NCBI GenBank assembly: GCA_965223325.1
Contig: CBDCWI010000002.1
Location: 3,520,001 to 3,584,000 of the forward strand
Length of the DNA: 64,000 nucleotides
DNA from: Candidatus Multivoradales bacterium
GTDB lineage: Bacteria; Acidobacteriota; Thermoanaerobaculia; Multivoradales; Multivoraceae
Reading direction: 5' to 3'
The notes beneath the pieces are model-generated. The model was not told where the DNA came from. It saw only the letters and a list, made by a program, of their open reading frames with translations, and made no database searches. Position numbers and translations under genes: made by a program. Below, in pieces: positions 40,718 to 48,795 of the stretch (position 1 is its first letter; each line of letters begins with the position of its first letter).

Positions 40718-41008
40718 ATGAAAACCCTGCGTGTGACCTGCCCTGACTGTGGTTGCGACGTCGAGATCGACGCTCAGACCGGCGCCGTCGTCGCCCACCG
40801 CGCGACCGAAGCTGCGGAGAAGCCCGACTTCGACGAGTTGTTGGCCAACCTCGATAAGCAAAAGGCGCGCACCGAGAGCCTCTTCGAGCAGGAGAAAAAG
40901 GCGCATCAGGACCGCGAACGGCTGCTCGAAGAGAAGTTCAAGGCGGCCAAGAAGCGCGCCGACGAGGCACCCGACGACGAGCCGCTGCGACCCTGGGACC
41001 TGGATTGA
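40718..41008 (+). CDS. Small conserved hypothetical protein with N-terminal CxxC zinc-ribbon-like motif and coiled coil
   Basis: VTCPDCG..EIDAQTG, charged helix, PWDLD terminus; stop overlaps the wzm start. Confidence 0.75.
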   Translation: MKTLRVTCPDCGCDVEIDAQTGAVVAHRATEAAEKPDFDELLANLDKQKARTESLFEQEKKAHQDRERLLEEKFKAAKKRADEAPDDEPLRPWDLD

Positions 41009-41790
41009 ACGCGCTGGTCCGCCACCGTGGCCTGCTTGCCACGCTGGTGGCGCGCGAGCTCAAGGCGCGGTACCGCGGGAGCTTTTTGGGCTTTGCCTGG
41101 TCGCTGGTCAACCCGCTCCTTCTGCTCGCGGTGTACTCGTTCGTCTTTGGCGCGGTGCTCGGGGCGCGCATGAAGGGTGTCGACCCCTATGCGGTGTTTC
41201 TGGTCTGTGGTCTCTTTCCTTGGCTCTGGGTGTCGAGCTCGCTTCTCGACGGAGTGGTCAGCCTGTCGGCGAACGCTGCGCTGATTCGCAAGGCCGTGTT
41301 CCCGGTCCGCATTCTGCCGGTCGTTTCAGTGCTCTCGAACCTGGTGCACTTCGGCCTGGCGCTTCCGGTCGTCGTTGTGGCGATCTTGGTGGCGCGCTAC
41401 TACGGCTATGAACGCGGCGACCTCTGGGCGCTTCTGCTGCCGGCTGTGGTCATCCTGCAGCTTCTGTTGTTGAGCGGCATGGCGATGGCGCTGGCAGCCC
41501 TCAACGTGCACTTCAAGGACACGCGCGACCTGACCTCGAATTTCTTGACGTTGCTCTTCTTCATGGCGCCGATCCTCTACCCGTTGGCGGCCATCCCGGA
41601 GCGCTTCCAGCTTCTGATCCGCCTCAATCCGTTCACCCCCTTCACTCTCGCCTACCACGACATCTTCTTCTACGGTCGCGCACCGGAACCCCGCTTGTGG
41701 GTCGAAATGGCGGTCTACGGTCTCTTGGCCTGGCTTCTGGGGAGCCTCTTGTTCTCGCGCCTCGAACCAAGCCTGGCGGAGGCGGTCTGA
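41005..41790 (+). CDS. wzm: Polysaccharide ABC exporter permease (Wzm-like)
   Basis: RELKARYRGSFLGFAWSLVNPL, LIRKAVFP, PILYP, LNPF. Confidence 0.9.
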   Translation: MNALVRHRGLLATLVARELKARYRGSFLGFAWSLVNPLLLLAVYSFVFGAVLGARMKGVDPYAVFLVCGLFPWLWVSSSLLDGVVSLSANAALIRKAVFPVRILPVVSVLSNLVHFGLALPVVVVAILVARYYGYERGDLWALLLPAVVILQLLLLSGMAMALAALNVHFKDTRDLTSNFLTLLFFMAPILYPLAAIPERFQLLIRLNPFTPFTLAYHDIFFYGRAPEPRLWVEMAVYGLLAWLLGSLLFSRLEPSLAEAV

Positions 41791-41792
41791 GC

Positions 41793-43094
41793 ATGACGGC
41801 CAACCAGAAGGGCGAACGCTCGGTGCGCGTCGCGGGTGTCAGCAAGCGCTACCGACGGGTCGCTGCAGGTTACAAGTTCCGCACCTTGAAGAGTGCCCTG
41901 CTCGGTGGTGCCTTGACCGGCGGCCTGCGCGACGAGGACACCATCGAAGCACTGCGCGCGGTCGACTTCGAGGTCGGTCGCGGCGAAGCGTTCGGTGTCA
42001 TCGGGGGCAACGGCTCGGGTAAGTCGACGCTCCTCAAGTTGATCTCTGGCCTCTTGCCGCCCACCGCAGGCACGATTGATGTCAGGGGTCGCCTGGCGGC
42101 GATGATCGAGCTCGGCGCGGGCTTTCACCCGGAGATCTCAGGCCGCGAGAACGTCTTCATCAACGGTTCGGTTCTCGGCCTCACGCGTCGCCAGGTGCGG
42201 GAGCGCTACGACCGCATCGTCGAGTTCTCGGGGCTCGAAGACTTCATGGAAGAGCCGGTCAAGAACTACTCCTCTGGCATGTACGTGCGCCTGGGCTTCG
42301 CGGTGGCCATTCATACCGATCCCGACGTCTTGCTGGTCGACGAAGTGCTCTCGGTGGGCGACGAAGCCTTCGGTCGCAAGTGCTTGGCGCGGCTCGAGGA
42401 GCACCTGGCCGACGGTGGAACGCTTCTGGTCGTCAGCCACTCGCTCGACCTCGTCGAGTCTCTCTGCGACCGTGTTCTGTGGCTCGATCGACCAGGCAGC
42501 GGTGCGGAGGGCTCGAGCATGAGAATGCTCGGCGAGCCGCGACGCGTCATCGACGCCTACCGCCAGGCGGTTTCGACCGGGGTTGGTGAACTGCATGCAC
42601 GGCTGGACGCAGAAGCGGCCACCAGCCATGAACGGTGGGGTTCCGAGGAGGCGCACATCACAGCTGCTCGCATTCTCGCCGGACCCGAAGACGACCAGGG
42701 CGAACGACACGACCTCGAGTCGGGCGAAGCCGTCACGTTCGAGTTCGATGTCGAAACGCGTCAACCTCTTGCTGATTTCGTCTTCGGGATCGCGGTGTCT
42801 ACTCCACGCGGGGCCCTGTGCTGGGGCACCAACACGGACCTTGCGGGCTTCGAACCCGAGCGCTTCGAAGGCAGGGCGACGGTGCGCATCGGCGTTCCGG
42901 CACTCCGTCTGGCGCCCGGCGAGTATCACGTCGACCTGGCGGTGCACGCCAGGAACGGAACGCCGTACGACTATTGGAAACGCTGCCTGACGTTCGACGT
43001 TCGAGCACAGCGAGACTCGGCAGGCGTCTATCAGCCGCGACACCGTTGGAGCGTTGCGGGTGCCATCGAGTGGAAGAAGCCCCCCGGCGACTGA
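41793..43094 (+). CDS. wzt: Polysaccharide ABC exporter ATPase with C-terminal Wzt carbohydrate-binding domain
   Basis: GGNGSGKST, GAGFHPEISGREN, YSSGM, VDEVLSVGD, then RWGS..FGIAV..GTNT..LAPGEY (Wzt_C). Confidence 0.9.
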   Translation: MTANQKGERSVRVAGVSKRYRRVAAGYKFRTLKSALLGGALTGGLRDEDTIEALRAVDFEVGRGEAFGVIGGNGSGKSTLLKLISGLLPPTAGTIDVRGRLAAMIELGAGFHPEISGRENVFINGSVLGLTRRQVRERYDRIVEFSGLEDFMEEPVKNYSSGMYVRLGFAVAIHTDPDVLLVDEVLSVGDEAFGRKCLARLEEHLADGGTLLVVSHSLDLVESLCDRVLWLDRPGSGAEGSSMRMLGEPRRVIDAYRQAVSTGVGELHARLDAEAATSHERWGSEEAHITAARILAGPEDDQGERHDLESGEAVTFEFDVETRQPLADFVFGIAVSTPRGALCWGTNTDLAGFEPERFEGRATVRIGVPALRLAPGEYHVDLAVHARNGTPYDYWKRCLTFDVRAQRDSAGVYQPRHRWSVAGAIEWKKPPGD

Positions 43095-43376
43095 ACCTCG
43101 AGTCGATTCAGCCGCCTTGTGGCGACGGAATGCCGAACTCTGTCGACGAGGGCTGCGATCTGGCGTTCACGGACGGAGGTCATGGGTTTCTCTTGCCGGG
43201 ATCTCGGGTTCGAAGGCTGAGGGGCAAAGCAAGGCCGAGCGGAGGGAGGGCGGTTCCCTCACCCCGCAGGGCTCAATGGTCTAGCCTATCGAGTGGCCAG
43301 CCACCGCCCGAGCCGGCTTTCGTCCGTTGACGCAGAACACCGTCAGCCCAACTGACCTCAAACGATAGGAACTCCG

Positions 43377-43670
43377 ATGGCAGATTCACCAGAGAGACAA
43401 CCCAACGCTCAAGAAATCAACGTCAAAATCGAAGATAGCGAGCTCAAGGGGCGCTACTCGAACCTCCTGCGCATAACGCATACGCATGAAGAGTTCTTCC
43501 TCGACTTCATCAACCTAGTGCCACCGCAGGGCATCGTGACGGCGCGCATCGTCACCAGCCCGGGGCACCTGAAACGCATCATCGGTGCTCTGCAGCACAA
43601 CCTGACTCGCTACGAAACGGCCCACGGGCCGATCACCGAGGCACCCGATCCAACCGGACAGGTTCACTAG
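43377..43670 (+). CDS. DUF3467-like small protein
   Basis: GRYSNLLRITHTHEEFFLDF, ARIVTSPGHLKR, NLTRYE..HGPI. Confidence 0.82.
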   Translation: MADSPERQPNAQEINVKIEDSELKGRYSNLLRITHTHEEFFLDFINLVPPQGIVTARIVTSPGHLKRIIGALQHNLTRYETAHGPITEAPDPTGQVH

Positions 43671-43832
43671 TACCCCGTACCATTGAAACGGATAGTGGCT
43701 GAGCGGATGATCGTGCTCGAGATCAAGGCGTCACGACAGAGGCATATTGGTGATCTGTCGAGGAGTGACAACACAGAGATCGAGCGCGAGGACCGCGCAG
43801 ACGCTGTGCGGTTCCATGGTACGGGGTACTAG
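43667..43832. mobile_element. 166-bp CTAG-bounded palindromic MITE-like element
   Basis: CTAGTACCCCGTACCAT at 43667 and ATGGTACGGGGTACTAG ending at 43832 (17-bp perfect TIR); the arms stay imperfectly complementary for about 80 bp. Confidence 0.7.
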
Positions 43833-43950
43833 AGAAAGATAGTCTCTAGCGACCTCCGGAGGGTCTCTGCGTTCGCAGCCCCCCTCCACGCCGGCCCACC
43901 GAGGGGCGCCCCCTCTTCCCCGCTACATGCTTTCCCCGCGGAGAACCTCC

Positions 43951-45783
43951 ATGACGACGACCGAACCCCCAGTTGCTCCACCGCCTCAGCTGTCGGGCTG
44001 GGATCTCTCCGAGTTGTTGCCCGACGCCGAGGGTGAGGGCATAGAGCGCGCGCTGGCCGACGTCGAGTCCCGGACCACAGCGTTTGCAAAGAAGCGTGAA
44101 AGCCTGTCGGAAAACATCGGAGGCCCGGCCCTGTTCGAGATCCTCGGCGAGTACGAAGCGCTGCTCGAGGCGGTCTACCGTGTCTCCGGCTACGGCTCGC
44201 TTTGGTTCTCCTCCGACACCCAGTCCGACGCTGCGCTCGCCTACCGCAACCGGGTCCAGCAGGTGATGACCGGGGTCCAGAACCGGACCCTCTTCTTCAG
44301 CCTGTGGTGGCAGGAGCAGAGCAAAGAGACCGCGGAGCGACTGTTCGGCGAGATCGATGCCATAGAAGGCGCCTCCGATCACGCCTTCTTCCTGCGCGAC
44401 CTGCGTCGCCTCGAGCCCTACAAGCTCGACGAGGCACGCGAGCAGATCGTCAATCTCAAAGATGCCGATGGAATCGGCGCTGTCTTGACGCTCTACTCAA
44501 TGATGACCAATGCCTTCGAGTATCACCTCGAGCTCGACGGCGAGGCCAGCGGTCCGCTGACTCGTGATGGCTTGATGGCCTACGTGCACTCGGACAACCC
44601 AGAGCACCGAGCCACGGCCTACCAAGAGCTCTACCGCGTCTACGGCGAGAACTCGAAAGTGCTCGCTCAGATGTACACCAACCGGGTGCGCGACTGGCAC
44701 AACGAAAACGTTGAGCTGCGCGGCCATCGCTCGCCGATCGCAGTGCGCAACGTCTCGAACGACATTCCCGACGAAGCAGTGCAGGCACTGCTCGAGCGCG
44801 CGCGCGCCAACGCGCCGCTCTTCCAGCGCTACTTCAGGCTCAAGGCTGGTTGGCTGGGCAAAGAAAAGCTCGGTGGCAGCGATGTCTTGAGGCGCTACGA
44901 CATCTACGCACCCCTGGCGACATCTGATCGGCGTATCGACTACGCCGATGCGGTGGCCACCGTGCTCGACACCTTCGACCGTTTCGATTCGGACGTCGGG
45001 CAGCACGCGCGCCGGGTGTTCAGGGAGAACCACATCGACAGCGAGCCGCGCCCTGGCAAGCGTGGCGGTGCCTTCTGCGCCACCATCTCCCCCGCCCTCA
45101 CTCCCTGGGTGCTGGTCAACTACACCGGTCGACTACGTGACGTCGCGACGCTGGCACATGAGATGGGACACGCCATCCACAGCATGCTCGCCGAGGATCA
45201 CTCGATCCTCACTCAGCACCCTTGTCTGCCGCTCGCCGAGACCGCGTCGGTGTTCGCCGAGATCTTGATGACCGACAAGCTGCTAGCGGAGCAGGACGAT
45301 CCGTTGGCCAAACGAGAGCTCCTGGCGACCGCGGTCGATGACATGTACGCAACGGTCATGCGCCAGGCCTTCTTTGTGATGTTCGAAGAGGAGGCGCACG
45401 CTCTGATCATGGAGGGCAGTACGGCCGAGGAGCTACACGAGCTCTACATGGCCAACCTCGAGCGCCAGTTCGCCGACTCGGTCGAGCTGGCTCCTGAGTT
45501 TCGCTATGAGTGGTTGTCGATTCCCCATATCTATTCGACTCCGTTCTACTGCTACGCCTACAGCTTCGGTCAGCTATTGGTCCTGGCCCTCTACCGTCGG
45601 TACCAAGAAGAGGGGGAGGCTTTCAAACCGGGGTACATCGAGCTGCTGGCCACCGGCGGTTCACAACGCCCCGAGGAAGTTCTCCAACGCGCCGGCGTCG
45701 ATGTCCGCAGTTCCGATTTCTGGCAGGGTGGTTTCGACGTGATTGCCGAGATGATCGCGGAGCTCGAAGAGCTGTCTACCTAG
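43951..45783 (+). CDS. pepF: Oligoendopeptidase F (M3B family)
   Basis: WDLSEL, GKRGGAFC, TLAHEMGHAIH (HExxH), LAETASVFAE, PHIYSTPFYCYAY. Confidence 0.92.
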   Translation: MTTTEPPVAPPPQLSGWDLSELLPDAEGEGIERALADVESRTTAFAKKRESLSENIGGPALFEILGEYEALLEAVYRVSGYGSLWFSSDTQSDAALAYRNRVQQVMTGVQNRTLFFSLWWQEQSKETAERLFGEIDAIEGASDHAFFLRDLRRLEPYKLDEAREQIVNLKDADGIGAVLTLYSMMTNAFEYHLELDGEASGPLTRDGLMAYVHSDNPEHRATAYQELYRVYGENSKVLAQMYTNRVRDWHNENVELRGHRSPIAVRNVSNDIPDEAVQALLERARANAPLFQRYFRLKAGWLGKEKLGGSDVLRRYDIYAPLATSDRRIDYADAVATVLDTFDRFDSDVGQHARRVFRENHIDSEPRPGKRGGAFCATISPALTPWVLVNYTGRLRDVATLAHEMGHAIHSMLAEDHSILTQHPCLPLAETASVFAEILMTDKLLAEQDDPLAKRELLATAVDDMYATVMRQAFFVMFEEEAHALIMEGSTAEELHELYMANLERQFADSVELAPEFRYEWLSIPHIYSTPFYCYAYSFGQLLVLALYRRYQEEGEAFKPGYIELLATGGSQRPEEVLQRAGVDVRSSDFWQGGFDVIAEMIAELEELST

Positions 45784-45876
45784 GGAGATAGGGGCGTCGG
45801 CCCGAGATTCATTAAACTCGGGAATCTAGAAGGCCGCCCCACAGCGGCGCGCGGAGCCCATGAGAAGGAGTCTCGA

Positions 45877-47487
45877 ATGCGCCTTGGCATCTTCAGCAGT
45901 CAGCCCACGTTCCGTTGGGCCCGGAACATGATCCTCGCGGGCTGGACCGCCGCGCTTCTGGTCGCGGGTGCGCCGGTAGCAGCAGCCCCTCAGTCGCCGA
46001 CGTTTGCGCGCGACGTCGCCCCGATCTTCTTCAACCATTGCGGCGAGTGCCACCGTCCAGGTGAGATCGCCCCCATGTCACTACTCTCCTATGGCGAGGC
46101 CCGCCCGTGGGCCAAGTCGATCGCCAGGGCGGTCAAGGCGCGCGAGATGCCGCCGTGGAGCGGCGAGTCCGATCAACACCAGTGGGCCAACGACATCTCG
46201 CTTTCCGACGATCAGATTACGACCATCGTCCGTTGGGTCGAAGACGGTGCGCCCGAGGGCGACCCGGCGAACCTGCCCGAAGTCCCGGAGTTCACCAACG
46301 GCTGGAAGCTCGGCGAGCCCGACGAGATCCTGACGCTCGAACCGGTCGAAGTCGCGGCCGAGGGCGACGACATCTTTCCCAAGCAGTACGTCGAGTTGAA
46401 CCTCGACGAGCCCCGTTGGGTGCGCGCGATCGAGTTCCTGCCCAGCGACCGTCGGGTCGCTCACCACTTGCAGGCGACGTACACGTCACCCTCCAACAAC
46501 GGCGGGGGTCGCGGCATTTTCGGAATCTGGACTGCAGGTATGCCTCCCTACGTGTTCCCGGATGGCATGGGCCGCGCCCTGGGTGCCGGCACCACCAAGA
46601 TCCTCGTCGACCTGCACTATCACCCGATGGGCGAGGCTGCGACCGATCAGATGCGCATCGGCGTCTACTACGGTGAAGGCGAGCTGCAGAAAGAGGTCGC
46701 AACGATTCCGGTCACCAACACTGGTCTGCGTATTCCGCCCGGTGCCGATCACCATGCCGAGAAGGCCCACTACCTGTTCGACAAGGATATGCAGGTTCTG
46801 GCCTTTTCGCCCCACATGCATGTACGCGGGAAGGCGATGAAGTATGAGTTGACATACCCGGACGGTGAGCGCGAAACCCTTCTCGATGTGCCGAAGTACG
46901 ACTACAACTGGCAGTGGCTGTACTACCCGAAGTCGCCGATCGAGATACCGGCCGGGAGTCGAGTCGATGTGACCGCCGTCTGGGACAACTCAGAAGGCAA
47001 CCCCGCGAACCCCGATCCGTCGAAAGAGATCATCTATCGCGGGGACACCTTCAGCGAGATGTTCGTCGGTTTCCTCGAGGTCATCCAGAAGGACGGCGTC
47101 TACCACCAACCGCAGCCGGCGCGCGAGAAGATCTCCACCCTGTTGGCGCAGTATCCGCCAGAGGACTCCTTCTTTATCGATGGCTTCTTGAAAGTCGGCT
47201 TCCATGCTCCCCGAGACGGTGAAGGCTGGCTATACCTCGGGAGCGGCCTGGTCGTCTTCTCGACGACCCTCGACGACTACCAGTGGGAGGGTTCTCGCCT
47301 GGTGATCAACACCCAGTTCCCAACCGCTGAAGCGAGTGCCACCACCACGGTGATCAGAGGCGAGGTGGGGGAAGACGGCCGCTTCGTCGGGACCCTGATC
47401 GTCGGCTCAGACACAGTGACGCCGATGAAGGTCCCGGTTGTCGGTATGCCGATGGGAGTGAGCCCCGACACGACCTCCGCTGGGTAG
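45877..47487 (+). CDS. Secreted cytochrome c fused to a copper type II (PHM/DBM-like) monooxygenase-like domain
   Basis: Signal peptide, CGECH heme motif, MPPW, AHH, LHYH, PHMH, YDYNWQ, EM. Confidence 0.75.
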   Translation: MRLGIFSSQPTFRWARNMILAGWTAALLVAGAPVAAAPQSPTFARDVAPIFFNHCGECHRPGEIAPMSLLSYGEARPWAKSIARAVKAREMPPWSGESDQHQWANDISLSDDQITTIVRWVEDGAPEGDPANLPEVPEFTNGWKLGEPDEILTLEPVEVAAEGDDIFPKQYVELNLDEPRWVRAIEFLPSDRRVAHHLQATYTSPSNNGGGRGIFGIWTAGMPPYVFPDGMGRALGAGTTKILVDLHYHPMGEAATDQMRIGVYYGEGELQKEVATIPVTNTGLRIPPGADHHAEKAHYLFDKDMQVLAFSPHMHVRGKAMKYELTYPDGERETLLDVPKYDYNWQWLYYPKSPIEIPAGSRVDVTAVWDNSEGNPANPDPSKEIIYRGDTFSEMFVGFLEVIQKDGVYHQPQPAREKISTLLAQYPPEDSFFIDGFLKVGFHAPRDGEGWLYLGSGLVVFSTTLDDYQWEGSRLVINTQFPTAEASATTTVIRGEVGEDGRFVGTLIVGSDTVTPMKVPVVGMPMGVSPDTTSAG

Positions 47488-47515
47488 CTGCGACGCCGCT
47501 CCTGGCCCCTGACCC

Positions 47516-48073
47516 CTAGACGGGTGCCAGGGGTTGCCAGGGCTTCGAAGGCAAAAGCACCCTGATCGGATCGTTGGGCTCCGTGCTTCCTGGCTTCCGG
47601 ACGACCGCCATGACGCCGGCCTTGCGGATCAGTTCACCGTCGCTGGTGCGATCGAGGCAGGCAGCCATGAGCCCGGGCTTCAGACCATCGAGCTGAGCGC
47701 AAGGGTTACGCAGGCCAGTCACTTCGACGAGGCATGTGTTCCCCAGTCGGAGCCGGCTTCCGGTGGGCAGATCGAGCAGATTGATGCCGCGGGTGAGAAT
47801 GTTCTCGCCCATTTCGCCGGCCGCGACTTCGATTCCGATGGTCGCCAGCTCGTCGTGCAACTCGGCGTGCAGCAGATGAACTTGACGAAGGTTGGGCTGG
47901 TTCGGGTCCTGCCTGACGCGCGAACGGTGTTTGACCAGCGAGCCTCGATGGGCATCGCCGGAGACCCCGTCGGCAACGATCTCGAGGCGGGACCGAGTCG
48001 CCTTACTCATTGTGTGCAGGCCGCTGGCAGCCACGGCGACGACGGTGCCGCGCTCGGCGGGAGGACGACTCAT
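47516..48073 (-). CDS. MOSC-domain protein
   Basis: GDAH, PNLRQVHL, GENILTRG, TGLRNPC, RKAGVM. Confidence 0.9.
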   Translation of the reverse strand: MSRPPAERGTVVAVAASGLHTMSKATRSRLEIVADGVSGDAHRGSLVKHRSRVRQDPNQPNLRQVHLLHAELHDELATIGIEVAAGEMGENILTRGINLLDLPTGSRLRLGNTCLVEVTGLRNPCAQLDGLKPGLMAACLDRTSDGELIRKAGVMAVVRKPGSTEPNDPIRVLLPSKPWQPLAPV

Positions 48074-48105
48074 CGGCCGGACAGGGGATCGCCCGTTTTT
48101 CTCGA

Positions 48106-48628
48106 ATGACGCGGCGCGGAAAGGAAGTGGGAAGTGACCGTCGGCATCTTACGATTTTACGTTTTCTGGGTTTAGTTGTGTTGTCGGTCGCGTCACTTTC
48201 GGCGCAGCACGACAATCCCCACGGTATCTCGTTGGTGGTCGCATCGGATGGCACCGCGGTCCTCGATGGTGATGATCTAGTGGGGCACGACTCGTCTCCG
48301 AACAACCTGCGGGTGCGGACCTTCGACTCGGTGACCTACCGCATCGACTGGAACACCAACCACCTCCTTCGACGATGTGGTCTGTGTTGACCCCAATGGC
48401 AAGACGCTGCCACCAGGGCTCAATCCGACCGAGGATCCAGATGCCGGAGCCGATCGTCGAGCCGCTGTCGCGCTCGGCGGTGCCGACGTAGGTGGGCTCA
48501 ACTTCGGCTTCGAAGGTGACCTCCAGGTCTACACGATTCCAACCCTCGGCAACCTCGGGCTCTTCTTGCTAGCCGGGCTCCTGCTGGTCGTAGCCATGCG
48601 CCGCGCCGCCGGGTCCGCGGTGGGATGA
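48106..48628 (+). pseudogene. Internally deleted cell-surface protein gene with an IPTL-CTERM tail
   Basis: Frame 1: signal peptide plus DGTAVLD..HDSSPNNLRVRTFDSVTY; frame 2 from about 48360: ..PPGLNPTEDPD..LNFGF plus IPTLGNLGLFLLAGLLLVVAMRR. Confidence 0.6.
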
Positions 48629-48795
48629 ACGGCGCGAGGGAGCCCTACAAGCGAGTCGTGCTCGGCACATGCGGAGCCAAGCTTCGGACGCCGGCATGCC
48701 CCTTTAGGAATCGCCGCAGGACATGCGCCTGCAGTGGGCGCTGGATGACGCTAGGCTACGCCCCGCATCACCGCTGCGGCTACTGGAGATCCTGT

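Noticed and set aside
43095-43376. Possible tRNA, small RNA or short minus-strand ORF (GGTTCGA at about 43207; ATG at about 43183)
   Set aside because: No cloverleaf; the mini-ORF runs antisense into wzt and has no motif support
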